Program-made: the position numbers and the translations under genes
In this document: in pieces, positions 49,759-60,715 of the stretch
How the letters are laid out: each line of letters opens with the position of its first letter
Numbering within the stretch: the stretch's first letter is position 1
DNA from: Podarcis muralis
Lineage: Eukaryota
Reading direction: 5' to 3'
Length of the DNA: 64,000 nt
NCBI RefSeq assembly: GCF_964188315.1
Contig: NC_135660.1
Coordinates: 7,254,001-7,318,000 of the forward strand
The notes under the pieces: generated by a model
What the model saw: the letters and a program-made list of their open reading frames with translations, nothing else
Told to the model about the DNA's origin: nothing
The model's database searches: none

Positions 49759-49833
<75 letters not shown>
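49759..49833. repeat. Compound (CT)n(GT)n microsatellite
   Basis: Seen directly. Confidence 0.95.
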
Positions 49834-49836
<3 letters not shown>

Positions 49837-51588
49837 CTCGTGCTTGGGTTTTTCATATTGTTTTCATATTGCTGTTTTTTGTGTTTTTTATTATTTTGTA
49901 AAATGCTTTGGGATGACTCATGGGAAGCAGTTAATAAATGAAACAAATAATTAACACCGTCATCATTAATAAACAAAGGCATCCTGTCTCAGTACAGGTG
50001 CTTGAGATTCTGTCCATTGCAAAGCTCTATTAATACTTTAAAACACACACTACTTTAAAAAAAGAAATTACGTAACTGCAAACTAAGCACCCTGTTGAGT
50101 TTTGTCTCTTAACCTTCCCACCTTCTTCTGTCATGTGGCATCTCCTCCAACACTGCCATTGAGAAGAAGTTTTTTTTATTTCATTTCTTATTCAATCCAG
50201 CAAACAAAGCTATCAAAAGAATGACAAGTCTGTTGCAGGTTCCTGAGAATCCAGGAGTCCTTTGATTGCAGCTCTCCCCTATATTACCTTTGCTAGCCGG
50301 GTTGTTAAATGCACAGCACAAATAGACAGAGAATTGGATGGAGGTCTGGAAGTCAGATGCTTTTCTTTCTTTAAAACATTGATCATAGATAAAAAAAAGG
50401 ACCCTTCAGAAGACTGAGAAAGCACTGAAGGTGGGGGCAGAAAAGTACTGCAGAAAGAGTGGGAGAACCTCCGTTTGACCCTCAAAACCATTCCCAGGCA
50501 ACACTCACTCCACAAGACTTGCTCCATGCCATCCTTGAGTGCTTTTACCGGTCTTGAATGTGTCCTTGAACCAGGAATGACTCTTGCTCACTTAGACGGA
50601 GAATGGAGAGAGGAGTGTTTGTTTTTGTGCAGAAAACTCTGGCTTTGCAATGGCTGGAATGTACCCTAGTCAGTGCACAAAGAGTAGTGATGGCCACTAT
50701 CTTGAACTGAACTGAGCTGAGATTAGACAAATTTGGGCTTATGCTCTATGTCCACTGAAGACAGCATGCCTCTCAGTACCAGCTGTTGGGGATTGCAGGT
50801 AAGGGTTGGGGGTGCAGGAAAGTTGAGGCGTACCTAGGCTCCCCTGTGCCCATGGCAAGGCGTGGTATCAGTGTCTCCAAATCCAGAAGAGACCATGGAC
50901 CAGAAACTCAAAAAGTTTGCTTTTCGCTGCCTTTTGCAGTCTGCCAGTGACTTCCTCCACAGTCCTTGGGGTTGGCTCTTCTCTGCTGGGTCTGCCTGCC
51001 TTCCTCCATCCCTCTGCTCCCTGCTTTCCCTTCTGCCTCCTTCCTCTCTTCCTTTTTCCTCCCCCTGCAACTCTCACCTGCTCTCTCTGTCTTTCTTCCC
51101 TTCAAGCTTTGCTGGGCACTCCACTCACACTTCACAATAGCACTGTGGGCCAATTAGTTATGGGGGGACCCCTGCAGGGCTGCTGCAATGACCCACTGGC
51201 CTTTTGGGCCCCAAAATCACATCCCTTGAGTCATGTTTAGAACTCAGCCACGCCACTGGGTGTGCAAGGGGCCACCCACACTTAGGGACGCTATTGCAGA
51301 TTTGTGGAGGGTTTATTCCTTAGCCTTTTCTTCCTAGTCAAACTAATCTCTTAATCTCTGGGATTTGTAGGGTGTGAAAGTCCCCTCCCACTATTCTCTT
51401 GAGCTGTCTGCCTTAGACTGCAATCCTAATCTCACTTACCACTAAATTCAATAGAATTTACTTCTGAATGGACATGGTTAGGAGTGCCCTTTTAATTGTC
51501 TGCTGCTGTGTTTTTTAGGCTGATAATTTTGTTTTGCTAACTGGTTTTACATAACTATTGTGTGTTTTACATTTGATGCAATGCTCTT

Positions 51589-51907
51589 AAAGGTAAAGGT
51601 ACTCCTGACTGTTAGGTCCAGTCGTGGACGACTCTGGGGTTGTGCACTCATCTCGCTTTATTGGCCAAGGGAGTCGGTGTTTGTCCGCAGACAGCTTCCG
51701 GGTCATGTGGCCAGCATGACTAAGCTGCTTCTGGTGAACCAGAGCAGCACACGGAAACACTGTTTACCTTCCCACCGGAGTGGTACCTATTTATCTACTT
51801 GCACTTTGACGTGCTTTCGAACTGCTAGGTGGGCAGGAGCAGGGACCGAGCAACGGGAGCTCACCCCGTCAAGGGGATTTGAACCGCCAACCTTCTGATC
51901 GGCAAGC
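51589..51907 (-). mobile_element. Sauria SINE, 5'-truncated
   Basis: Tail aaaggtaaaggtactcctgac through core to gaaccgccaaccttctgatcggcaag. Confidence 0.9.
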
Positions 51908-52464
51908 ATATAAATTCAAAACATATATATTTGTAACCTGCCCTCCTCTTCTCCAGAGCGCCTATCAGATGCTGGTCTTAGATATTTCCATGTACACTCT
52001 CAATGCATGCAGGCAATGTCTGATGAGGTTCTGACAAGGGAGTGAAGAGCATTTTGTACTTGAGACCTATTACATTTATATCCTGCCCTTTCCCACAGGG
52101 TAGGTTGCCCACAAGCCAAATGCCCCCCTCCCCACAGTACAAAAGGCAAATAGTGAAAATTATATGGATACTCCCCCCCCCCCCGAGATAAAAATGTGTA
52201 TGTTATGAAGCCTCTGAGACAGCATCAGGTTGCTTGGCTTCCGCTCAGACATTGAGACGAGTCCCATGATACGTAACTTAATTTAGCATTATAAAATCGA
52301 CGAGGTAATTGCATTTCCTAAAACAAAAGAAGTGTCAGACCCTTCGCTTCCTTCTCAAGCACTGTGCCTTTGGCTGAGTTGCTGCCAGAAATAGCCCTTT
52401 TCCCTCTTAGACTTTGCCTAAGAGTGAAAGCATGCCACTGTCGCAACTGTTAGGAGGAAGCAGA

Positions 52465-53540
52465 TTATCTGGACCCATTCCAGGCCGGATTTGGCACACA
52501 CTCAGCTCTGATTGCCCTAACAGATGACCTCCTTTGAGCGAGAGACAGGGGGCATGCACTTCTGCTACTGCTGTGGGTTCTCACAATAGCTTTTGACACC
52601 ATTGACCATAGTAATCTCCTGGGCCAACTCCATGGGTTGGGATATGCAGGAACTGTTTTACAGCGTTCTGCTCCTACCTGCATGGCCGGTAACAGAGAAC
52701 AGCATCGGAGAACTGAGCTACATCTTCACAGTTTAGTTGCAGGGTGCTGCAAGGCACCACTTTGTCCCCAATGTTATTTAACATCTAGATCTATTTTGGT
52801 TGAGGCTCAGGCCATGTTTTGGCACATAAACTGACTGCTTTGGTCACCCTGTCTGATGACCTCTGCCAGGAGAGAGACAGGGGAAATGTTTCCTTGTTCA
52901 TTCTTCTCAACCTTGCAGTGGCTTTTGATACCATCAACCATGGTATCCGTCTTGAGTGATTGTCTAGGTTAGGCGTGGGTGGCACTGCTTTGTGGTGGTT
53001 CAAGTCCTACTTGGATGATTGTTTCCAGAGAGTGTTGCTTGGGGAGGGCTCCATGGAGCCTTCAGTTTGGGGCTCCTAAGGGTTCTATTTTATCTCCCAT
53101 GCTGTTTAACATCTGCATGAAACTGCTGAGTGGGGTCATCCAGAGTTCTGGAGTACGTTGTCAGCAATATGCTGATGTCATACAACTCTACTTCTCCTTT
53201 ATATCTGCAGTGGATGTGTCAGACCATTGTCTTGGCTTGGTAATGGACTGGATGAGAGCCAATAAACTGAAGCTCCATCCAGATATGACTGAGGCACTGT
53301 TAGTGGGCAGTTTCCTAGACCAGATGGATGGGAGGTTGCCTGCTTTTGATGGGGTTATATTCCCTATGAAGGGGCAGGTACACAGCTTGGATACTTCTAG
53401 ATCCACTGCTGTTGCTTGAGGCTCAGGTGATCTCGGTGGCATGGAGTGCCTTCCATCAGCTTTGGCTGGTGGCCCATATCTGGACAGGGATAGTCTAACT
53501 TCTATCCTTTTTGCTCTGATAACCTCTAGGTTAGATTACT
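52465..53540 (+). mobile_element. L2-clade LINE RT fragments (two overlapping-homology segments)
   Basis: Degenerate YLDPFQ.GF...AFDTIDH motif occurs twice (about 52465-52680 and 52785-53030), then LQFGAPKGSILSPMLFNICMK...CQQYADVIQLYFSF...WMRANKLKLHPD.TE. Confidence 0.8.
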
Positions 53541-54841
53541 GCAGCTGTCCTTATCAAGTTTGCTCCTCCTTAGCCTCATTGCTGCCTTTGTAGCACTCAG
53601 CAGAGGAAGGGACAAAGCTAGAATCAGTTGGTTCTGACTATCATTGCTTCTGCCTCCACTTATCATGGGCTCTGATTCCACCTACTGTTGGCCTCTCTGC
53701 CTTCTGCCCTACCAGCCCAAATGAGCACCAGCCTCCATGCTGGACACTCCTTTTCTTGTCTCTTATCAACCTCCAAGGCATCTGCTGGCAAATTAATGGA
53801 ATATAAGACTACCAATGGCTGCTAGCCATGTTCTACCATCCACTGCTGGAGGCAGTATGCTTCTGAATACCAGCTGTTCAAAACCACAGGAGGGGGAAGG
53901 TGCTGTTGTGTTCAGGTTGTGCTTGTAGGCTTCCCATGAGCATCAGGTTGGTCACCCTGAGAACAGGATATGGGCAGGTTGGGCCTTTTGCCTGATCCAG
54001 CAGCCAAACTCTCCTGAAGTTCTTAATGATGAAACAGATTTTGCTTCTAACCTCAAACACCTTTCAGCTCCCAGAATTTATTGTTATTTGATTATGACAC
54101 CCACCCACTGCAATGAAAAACAACAACAACAACTGAGCAAAGGTCTGTTGATTCACTGCATCCCTTTGCATAAGAAAACAGACACAGGTGTGAGATTTCT
54201 TCCCTGCTGTGGCTCTGATAGGCTGTAGAAGTGGCATTTGGAGTGGTTAATTGGAATGGGAAAATTCCAGCACTGCCAGTCCAACCGTGCTCTAAACATG
54301 ACTCAAGGGATGTGATGTTGGGACCCAAAAGGTCAGTTGCCATTTTGGCTTCTTTTAACAGAAACGCCACATCCAAGATTCAAGGCATCACAATACCTGC
54401 CTACACAGGAGCGCCGGAAAGGCATCCTTTTGGCACTCAGACCCTGTTTGCCCAGTGCAGAATTTCTGAGAGGAGGCTGACAACATGCAAAAGTGGTGGA
54501 TGAATGCCACAAAGAATCAGAGGAAATCAGGGGTTGCATCAAGCCTGTCTATCTATCTATTGAGAGGCACATTGATTATCTTCAAGTACAGGATGGTCGT
54601 TTGGGGGATTTTAAAAGTTTGTTGTTGTTTTCTTAGTTTGTATTGAATTGTATAGTTATAAATAGTTGCATGGTTTATATTGAATGGTATCGTTTACCTT
54701 CTGCTGCAGTGTGTATTATACTGTGGAGATGGCTTGTTTGCTTTTTGTTCATATTGTATTTTAACTATTTATTAGTGACCATTTAATGACTTTGATGTAA
54801 AATGCCCAGAGACCTTCACTGTTGGGGTGTCATAAAAAATC

Positions 54842-55028
54842 GTTGTTGTTTAGTTGTTTAGTCATGTCTGACTCTTCATGACCCCATGGACCAGAGCACG
54901 CCAGGCACTCCTGTCTTCCACTGCCTCTCGCAGTTTGGTCGGACTCATGTTTGTAGCTTCGAGAACACTGTCCAACCATCTCACCCTCTGTTGTCCCCTT
55001 CTCCTTGTGCCCTCAATCTTTCCCAATG
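54842..55028 (-). mobile_element. BovB (RTE-clade) LINE 3' end
   Basis: Minus peptide LGKIEGTRRRGQQRVRWLDSVLEATNMSPTKLREAVEDRSAWRALVHGVMKSQT matches the BovB ORF C-terminus; (AAC)n-type tail. Confidence 0.88.
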
Positions 55029-55651
55029 TTGTGAATATAGAGGAAGACGATACCAAGAGGAGAGAGAGAAATCACTTGAGATCCAGTGAGGACTGGGCAT
55101 GTAGTTGCTTTTACTCATTCACCCCTGTCCTGGAGCATCGCCCATTCATTCCATCTCCTTCTCCTATCTGCCATCCATAGTTAGCATCTAGTTCAAGCTT
55201 CTCCATCCTGGTGTGCTCTGGGTGTTTTGGACTACAGCTCCCATCAGCCCCAGCCAGCACAGCTGCTGGGAATTGTAGTCCAAAGCATGTGGACGGCACC
55301 AGGTTGGGGAAAGCCAAGCTACAGTGTACGGACCTATTGTTGTTGCTGTCAGCATCCGTCTGTCTCAAGAAGCAATGGGGTGCGCCTCTAGGGGTGAAGT
55401 TGAAGTGCTGTGGTAACAGCACCAAAATGACCTCCCTGGGGTGCAAGACTGGGCAGTGGGTATGGAGGTCCTGGGCTGCCCTGACAACAAGACCCTCCTC
55501 TCAGCCTCACTGATGTGGTCCAATGGAAAGCAGAGCAATACGTTTGGCACCAGCTTGCCTAGAGGAGTTGCTGGAAGGAGCACACAAGGAGTCATCCAAC
55601 TGCCTTAGGGACATCACTCTGGATTTGTGTAGAGTTTACCCCTTAACCTTT

Positions 55652-55654
<3 letters not shown>

Positions 55655-55692
<38 letters not shown>
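55655..55692. repeat. (CA)n microsatellite
   Basis: Seen directly. Confidence 0.95.
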
Positions 55693-55694
<2 letters not shown>

Positions 55695-56100
55695 TTTTAT
55701 TGATTTTTTAACATATCATTTCCAACAAGTATTTAACATAAATTCTATCTTATACAATATTTTAGACTTCCATCAACTACCTCTGGAGATTGTCCGTTCT
55801 TTATCACTTGTCCTGCATTTCTTAATTTCTCTTTTACTTTTAATTATCATTAACTAATAGTTCTCTTCATAGTCTTCCTTGCAATATTTCACATAATCCT
55901 CCTTACAGAACTTCTTGCAGTCCTACTAGCGTAATGTGTTTATTACAATTGTTTTTTAGATAGTTCAAATATTTACTCCAGTCTTCTAAGAATCTCTGGT
56001 CCTGCAGGTTTCGAATCCTTCCTGTTAATTTGTCTAATTCTGCATAGTCCATTAATTTCATTTGCCCCTCTTCTTTTGTCAGTAATTTTTCTTGTTTCCA
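55693..56100 (-). mobile_element. L1-clade LINE 3' end
   Basis: Minus-strand ELDKLTGRIRNLQDQRFLEDWSKYLNYLK...-like C-terminus, homologous to 10975-11372. Confidence 0.6.
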
Positions 56101-56507
56101 TTTCTGTGCCAGTAATATTCTTGCTGCTGTACCCCTTAGCCTTTTCTATACAGAAGATGCCCAGCAAAGCAGCAGAGGTTTATGACCAGATTTTCCTACA
56201 TGGGCTCCTGTCCCAGGTTGATGAGCCCCATCTGCCCCTCACTTCCCTCTACACTACAGCATGTGCAGAAACCAACTTCTTGACCATTGGTTTTGTCCAC
56301 TCAATCCACCAGAGCCTCTTTTCTCATGCGGGGGAAGTCCCTAACTCACCAAGGGTTTGAGTCCCGTCAGCTACCCTCACCTGGTTTAGCCAGGCAGTCG
56401 AAGCCATTCCTGGGGTGCGGCTGCTGTCACTGGAGTGGACCTTGGTGGGTACAAGTGCCATTTTCCAGTTTGGCTGTTAAGACAGCCACAGGCTAGCTTG
56501 ACCACTA

Positions 56508-56766
56508 GAGCCAGTGTGGTGTAGTGGTTAAGAGTGGTAGTCTCGTAATCTGGGGAACCGGGTTTGCGTCTCCTCCTCCACATGCAGCTGCTGGGTGACC
56601 TTGGGCCAGTCACACTTCTTTGAAGTCTCTCAGCCTCACTCACCTCACAGAGTGTTTGTTGTGGGGGAGGAAGGGAAAGGAGAATGTTAGCCGCTTTGAG
56701 ACTCCTTAAAGGGAGTGAAAGGCGGGATATCAAATCCAAACTCTTCTTCTTCTTCTTCTTCTTCTT
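56508..56766 (+). mobile_element. Squam3-type SINE
   Basis: Near-identical to 15053-15306; (CTT)n tail. Confidence 0.85.
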
Positions 56767-57230
56767 ACTAGTTGTCAATGCATTGGTAACCGCAAATTTG
56801 GATTACTGCAGTGTGCTTCATGTGGGGCTGCCCTTGAGGTTGGTCCAGAGGCTGCAGCTACTGCACAGCCACTATCTAGGCTGCTTGTAAGAGGAAGCTG
56901 CTGCCAGCATGTAATACCTTGTCTGTGGGATCTGCACTGGCTGATCATCTGCTCCTAGGCCAAGTTCAGGACTATAAGGCCCTCTACAGTTCAGGATCAA
57001 GATACTTGAGAGACCACCTTGTGCCTTCTGTGCCCTGTTCGTCTCTGCATTCTGCAGGACAGTATCTCCTTGAAGTCCCTAAAATATCAGGAGGCCGCTA
57101 ATTCAGAGCACAGCAATTCATTGTGGCCGCCCCTGTTCTGTAGAACATCATCACTACTGAACTACAACAGGCACCCATTATCTGTGCTTTCTGGAAACAA
57201 TTGAAGACATTCTTGTTTTGACAAGCTGGG
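56767..57230 (+). mobile_element. L2-clade LINE 3' fragment
   Basis: VNALVTANLDYCSVLHVGLPLRLVQRLQLL, then the L2 ORF2 tail (LWDLHWL...YKAL). Confidence 0.7.
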
Positions 57231-57639
57231 TGAAAAGATCCCTCTGCCTTAGGAGTTATTCTGTATTGTTTTCAAACCTATCCTATGTCATTGTTTTGCA
57301 CTGTTCTTAAAACTATTTTGGTTGTTTTTCTGCTATGTCTGTAAATCATCTTAAATCTTGTGTGGAAGGCGGTGACTCAATCCATCAATCAATTGCTCAG
57401 GATGGATGGTTGATGGCTTCTTACTGGGGAAGGGTACAGGAAGCTAGTATACCTTCTACCACATCTCAGCCATGGAGGAAGGGCAGATCTAAGGCTGCTC
57501 TGTGGAATTTCCAGTTTGAGATCAATTTTGAGTTGTAGGCTAGAAGAGATTTGAGGATGTAAGCAATTCCTTCTGGGGATCTGATCTGGGGTAGGGGATC
57601 TTCCACTTACTTGAGATATATGCTGCTTGCTCTATATGA

Positions 57640-57782
57640 ATCGTAGAATCGACGAATTGTAAAGTTGGAAGGGACCCTGAGGATCATCCAGCCCAACCCC
57701 CAGCAATGCAGAAATATGCAACTGTCTCATACGGGGATTGAACCTGCAACCTTGTCATTATCAACACCACACTTAACCAACC
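57640..57782 (-). mobile_element. tRNA-derived SINE with CR1-like tail
   Basis: Reverse complement shows a tRNA-like head (ggttgcaggttcaatcccc B-box) joined to ctgcattgctgggggttgggctggatgatcctcagggtcccttccaac. Confidence 0.7.
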
Positions 57783-59212
57783 AAAGAATCCCTGAAAAGT
57801 GATGCATATAGAACAAAATATTGCAATTACACTCTGAGTCTCCTTCCAAAGGAAGTCAAACTTTTGAAAGCCGTACATTGGGACCTTTCAATGCTGGAAG
57901 AGGGGAAACAGGTACCAACAGCAGAAGAACCTAGAATGTTGGCTTATACTGAATCAGACCACTGAGTTCAGTGTTGTCTACACTCCTTGGCAGTGGGTCT
58001 CCCACATTTGAGATGGGAGACATTCCAAGCCTACCTGGATATGCCAAGGATTGAACTTGTGACCTTCTGAATGCAAAGCAGATGTCCTACTGTGTTATGG
58101 CTCTTCCCCCATGGCTCAGAGTCAAGAAGAGACACTAGCTCCAAGATTTGGGGTACCCTTAGGAAAGGCAACTCAGTTCCCTCCTCAACATGGAAAGGTT
58201 GGGTGTGGAAACTGAGACTGGTCCCACAGTTCTGTTGGGGATGCTCCACTCCCTGGTAATATAAGCACAAACTGGCTGTGTAGGTAGGCAGAAAGGTCAC
58301 AGCAATGGGCACTGCCAAGTTTCCTCTTTTTAAATAATAATAATAATCTGCTGGCAATTAATAAAATATTCAGAACTGAATCTTTTCCAGCTCGTCAGCA
58401 ACGATATCAAATATTGAGCCCCACAATGAGCCTATTCCACCCCCGCCCCCCGGTTCCATTCTCACGAGGCAAATCAAAAAGTCCAGGAGGAGATGTACAG
58501 AAGGCACAGCCCACATTTACGGAAGCTGCACAGACCGTCTGCAGCATTCAAGCCACAGGGGGAACTCACAGATACCGAACGTTCAGGGCAGGAAATGTCA
58601 TCACAGCTCATTGAGAGGATCTTCATTTGTCGAGCCAGGAAGAGTCAGCACCGGTGGGGAAAGGGCTTTGGAAGGCTTCTTATAGCCCATTACCCCAAGA
58701 CAATTATAGGGGGACGGGTGGGTGGACAGCATGCACAATGTTTGCTCCATCAAAAAAACATTGACAGCAAAAGCATCCCTGGGCAAGTACAGTAGCACCT
58801 GCCTTCCTTTGTCTCTTGCATTCCTGGAGACAAGTCTACAATAGAACCACCTACAACCCAGCATTTATCACTCAGTCCCGCTTAGAACCAGTGGCAGTGA
58901 ATCCACTGGGCAAATAGGGCACTGCCCCAACCACCTCAGCCTTGGTTCCTCAAGGCTCACCTGCCTTTGTGCCTATAAACAGGTTTGACTCCTGTCAAAC
59001 AGGCAGATTCAACTTGCATCACTACCACCATAATTCTTATTGTATGTTATCACCTATCCTTCAGCCTAAGGTCCCAACATTTTTAAAGGACTTTATAGTC
59101 GTCCAGTCAACTTTTGCATTGTATACTCCCGTCAAAATATCTTTGATGGAACTCTTTTCATGTGTGTGTTAAACATAAATGGGTTTTCATAACTGACGTT
59201 ATGGCTGTAAAC

Positions 59213-59542
59213 NNNNNNNNNNNNNNNNNNNNNNNNNNNNNNNNNNNNNNNNNNNNNNNNNNNNNNNNNNNNNNNNNNNNNNNNNNNNNNNNNNNNNNNN
59301 NNNNNNNNNNNNNNNNNNNNNNNNNNNNNNNNNNNNNNNNNNNNNNNNNNNNNNNNNNNNNNNNNNNNNNNNNNNNNNNNNNNNNNNNNNNNNNNNNNNN
59401 NNNNNNNNNNNNNNNNNNNNNNNNNNNNNNNNNNNNNNNNNNNNNNNNNNNNNNNNNNNNNNNNNNNNNNNNNNNNNNNNNNNNNNNNNNNNNNNNNNNN
59501 NNNNNNNNNNNNNNNNNNNNNNNNNNNNNNNNNNNNNNNNNN
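59213..59542. other. Assembly gap (330 N)
   Basis: Run of N characters. Confidence 1.
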
Positions 59543-59730
59543 CTTAGCTTCTGACAGGCTTGACTCTTGTGAAAGTGGCAAATCCAACTTACATCCCTAC
59601 CATCATAACTCTTATTTTATTTTACCATCTGCATGTCATGCCAAGGTCCCAATGTTGTTGCACAGATGAGAGGTTAACTAGGGTTAAGCATTTTGACTGT
59701 CCTTACTGAAAGATTGGTTTCTAGGCTAAG

Positions 59731-59970
59731 GAGCCAGTGTGGTGTAGTGGTTAAGAGCGGTAGACTTGTAATCTGATGAACCAGGTTCGCGTCTCCGCTC
59801 CTCCACATGCAGCTGCTGGGTGACCTTGGGCCAGTCACACTTCTTTGAAGTCTCTCAGCCCCACTCACCTCACAGAGTGTTTGTTGTGCGGGAGGAAGGG
59901 AAAGGAGAATGTTAGCCGCTTTGAGACTCCTTCGGGTAGTGATAAAGCGGGATATCAAATCCAAACTCTC
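59731..59970 (+). mobile_element. Squam3-type SINE
   Basis: Near-identical to 15053-15306. Confidence 0.85.
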
Positions 59971-60409
59971 AGCAGAATCATATGACCAGAGCTGATCATC
60001 TTATGAGAAATACAGAAAGGGGGAAATACCATTTTTGGGCAGGAGCAAACGGAACCATGGTGTTAATTACCTGGATGAGAAAATAATTGCCTCATTCTTC
60101 AGAATCCATGTCTCTATTTGAAGTGGGGTCTTGGTAAATAGCAGCCTTCCCTTCCGCTTTGCCTTTGCTCAGAAAAATGACAAATGAACATACAGCACAT
60201 CCTCTAAGTGACATCAGCTTTGATGGGAAGGATGTGTTGCTTCAGGTATGTTTTAATGCTTTCTAACATTAGAGAAAATAATGAGCTGTGCTGTGGTGAC
60301 AAATACTTCCCTTTCTTTTCTTTGCTAAGTACTAAACAGTTGGCGATGAATGTCTAACGTTGAGCAATTGGTGAGTTGAGATATTTGAAGCCCTTTAAGA
60401 GAGACAGAT

Positions 60410-60715
60410 GGGACGAGGGTGGCGCTGTGGGTTAAACCACAGAGCCTAGGGCTTGGCGATCAGAAGGTCAGCGGTTCGAATCTCTGCGATGGGGTGAGCT
60501 CCCATTATTCAGTCCCTGCTCCTGCCAACCTAGCAGTTCGAAAGCACGAAGTGTAAGTAGATAAATAGGTACCGCTCTGGCGGGAAAGTAAATGGTGTTT
60601 CCGGCACTACTCTGGTTCGCCAGAAGCGGCTTAGTCATGCTGGCCACAAGACCCGGAAGCTGTAGACTGGCTCCCTCGGCCAATAAAGCGAGATGAGGCA
60701 GGTCCCTTTACCTTT
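60410..60715 (+). mobile_element. Sauria SINE with internal 3' deletion and TSD
   Basis: Head gggacgagggtggcgctgtgggttaaacc; flanked by tttaaga(g/c)agacagatg on both sides. Confidence 0.9.

Noticed and set aside
59132-59587. ORFs containing X runs
   Set aside because: Artefacts of the N gap.
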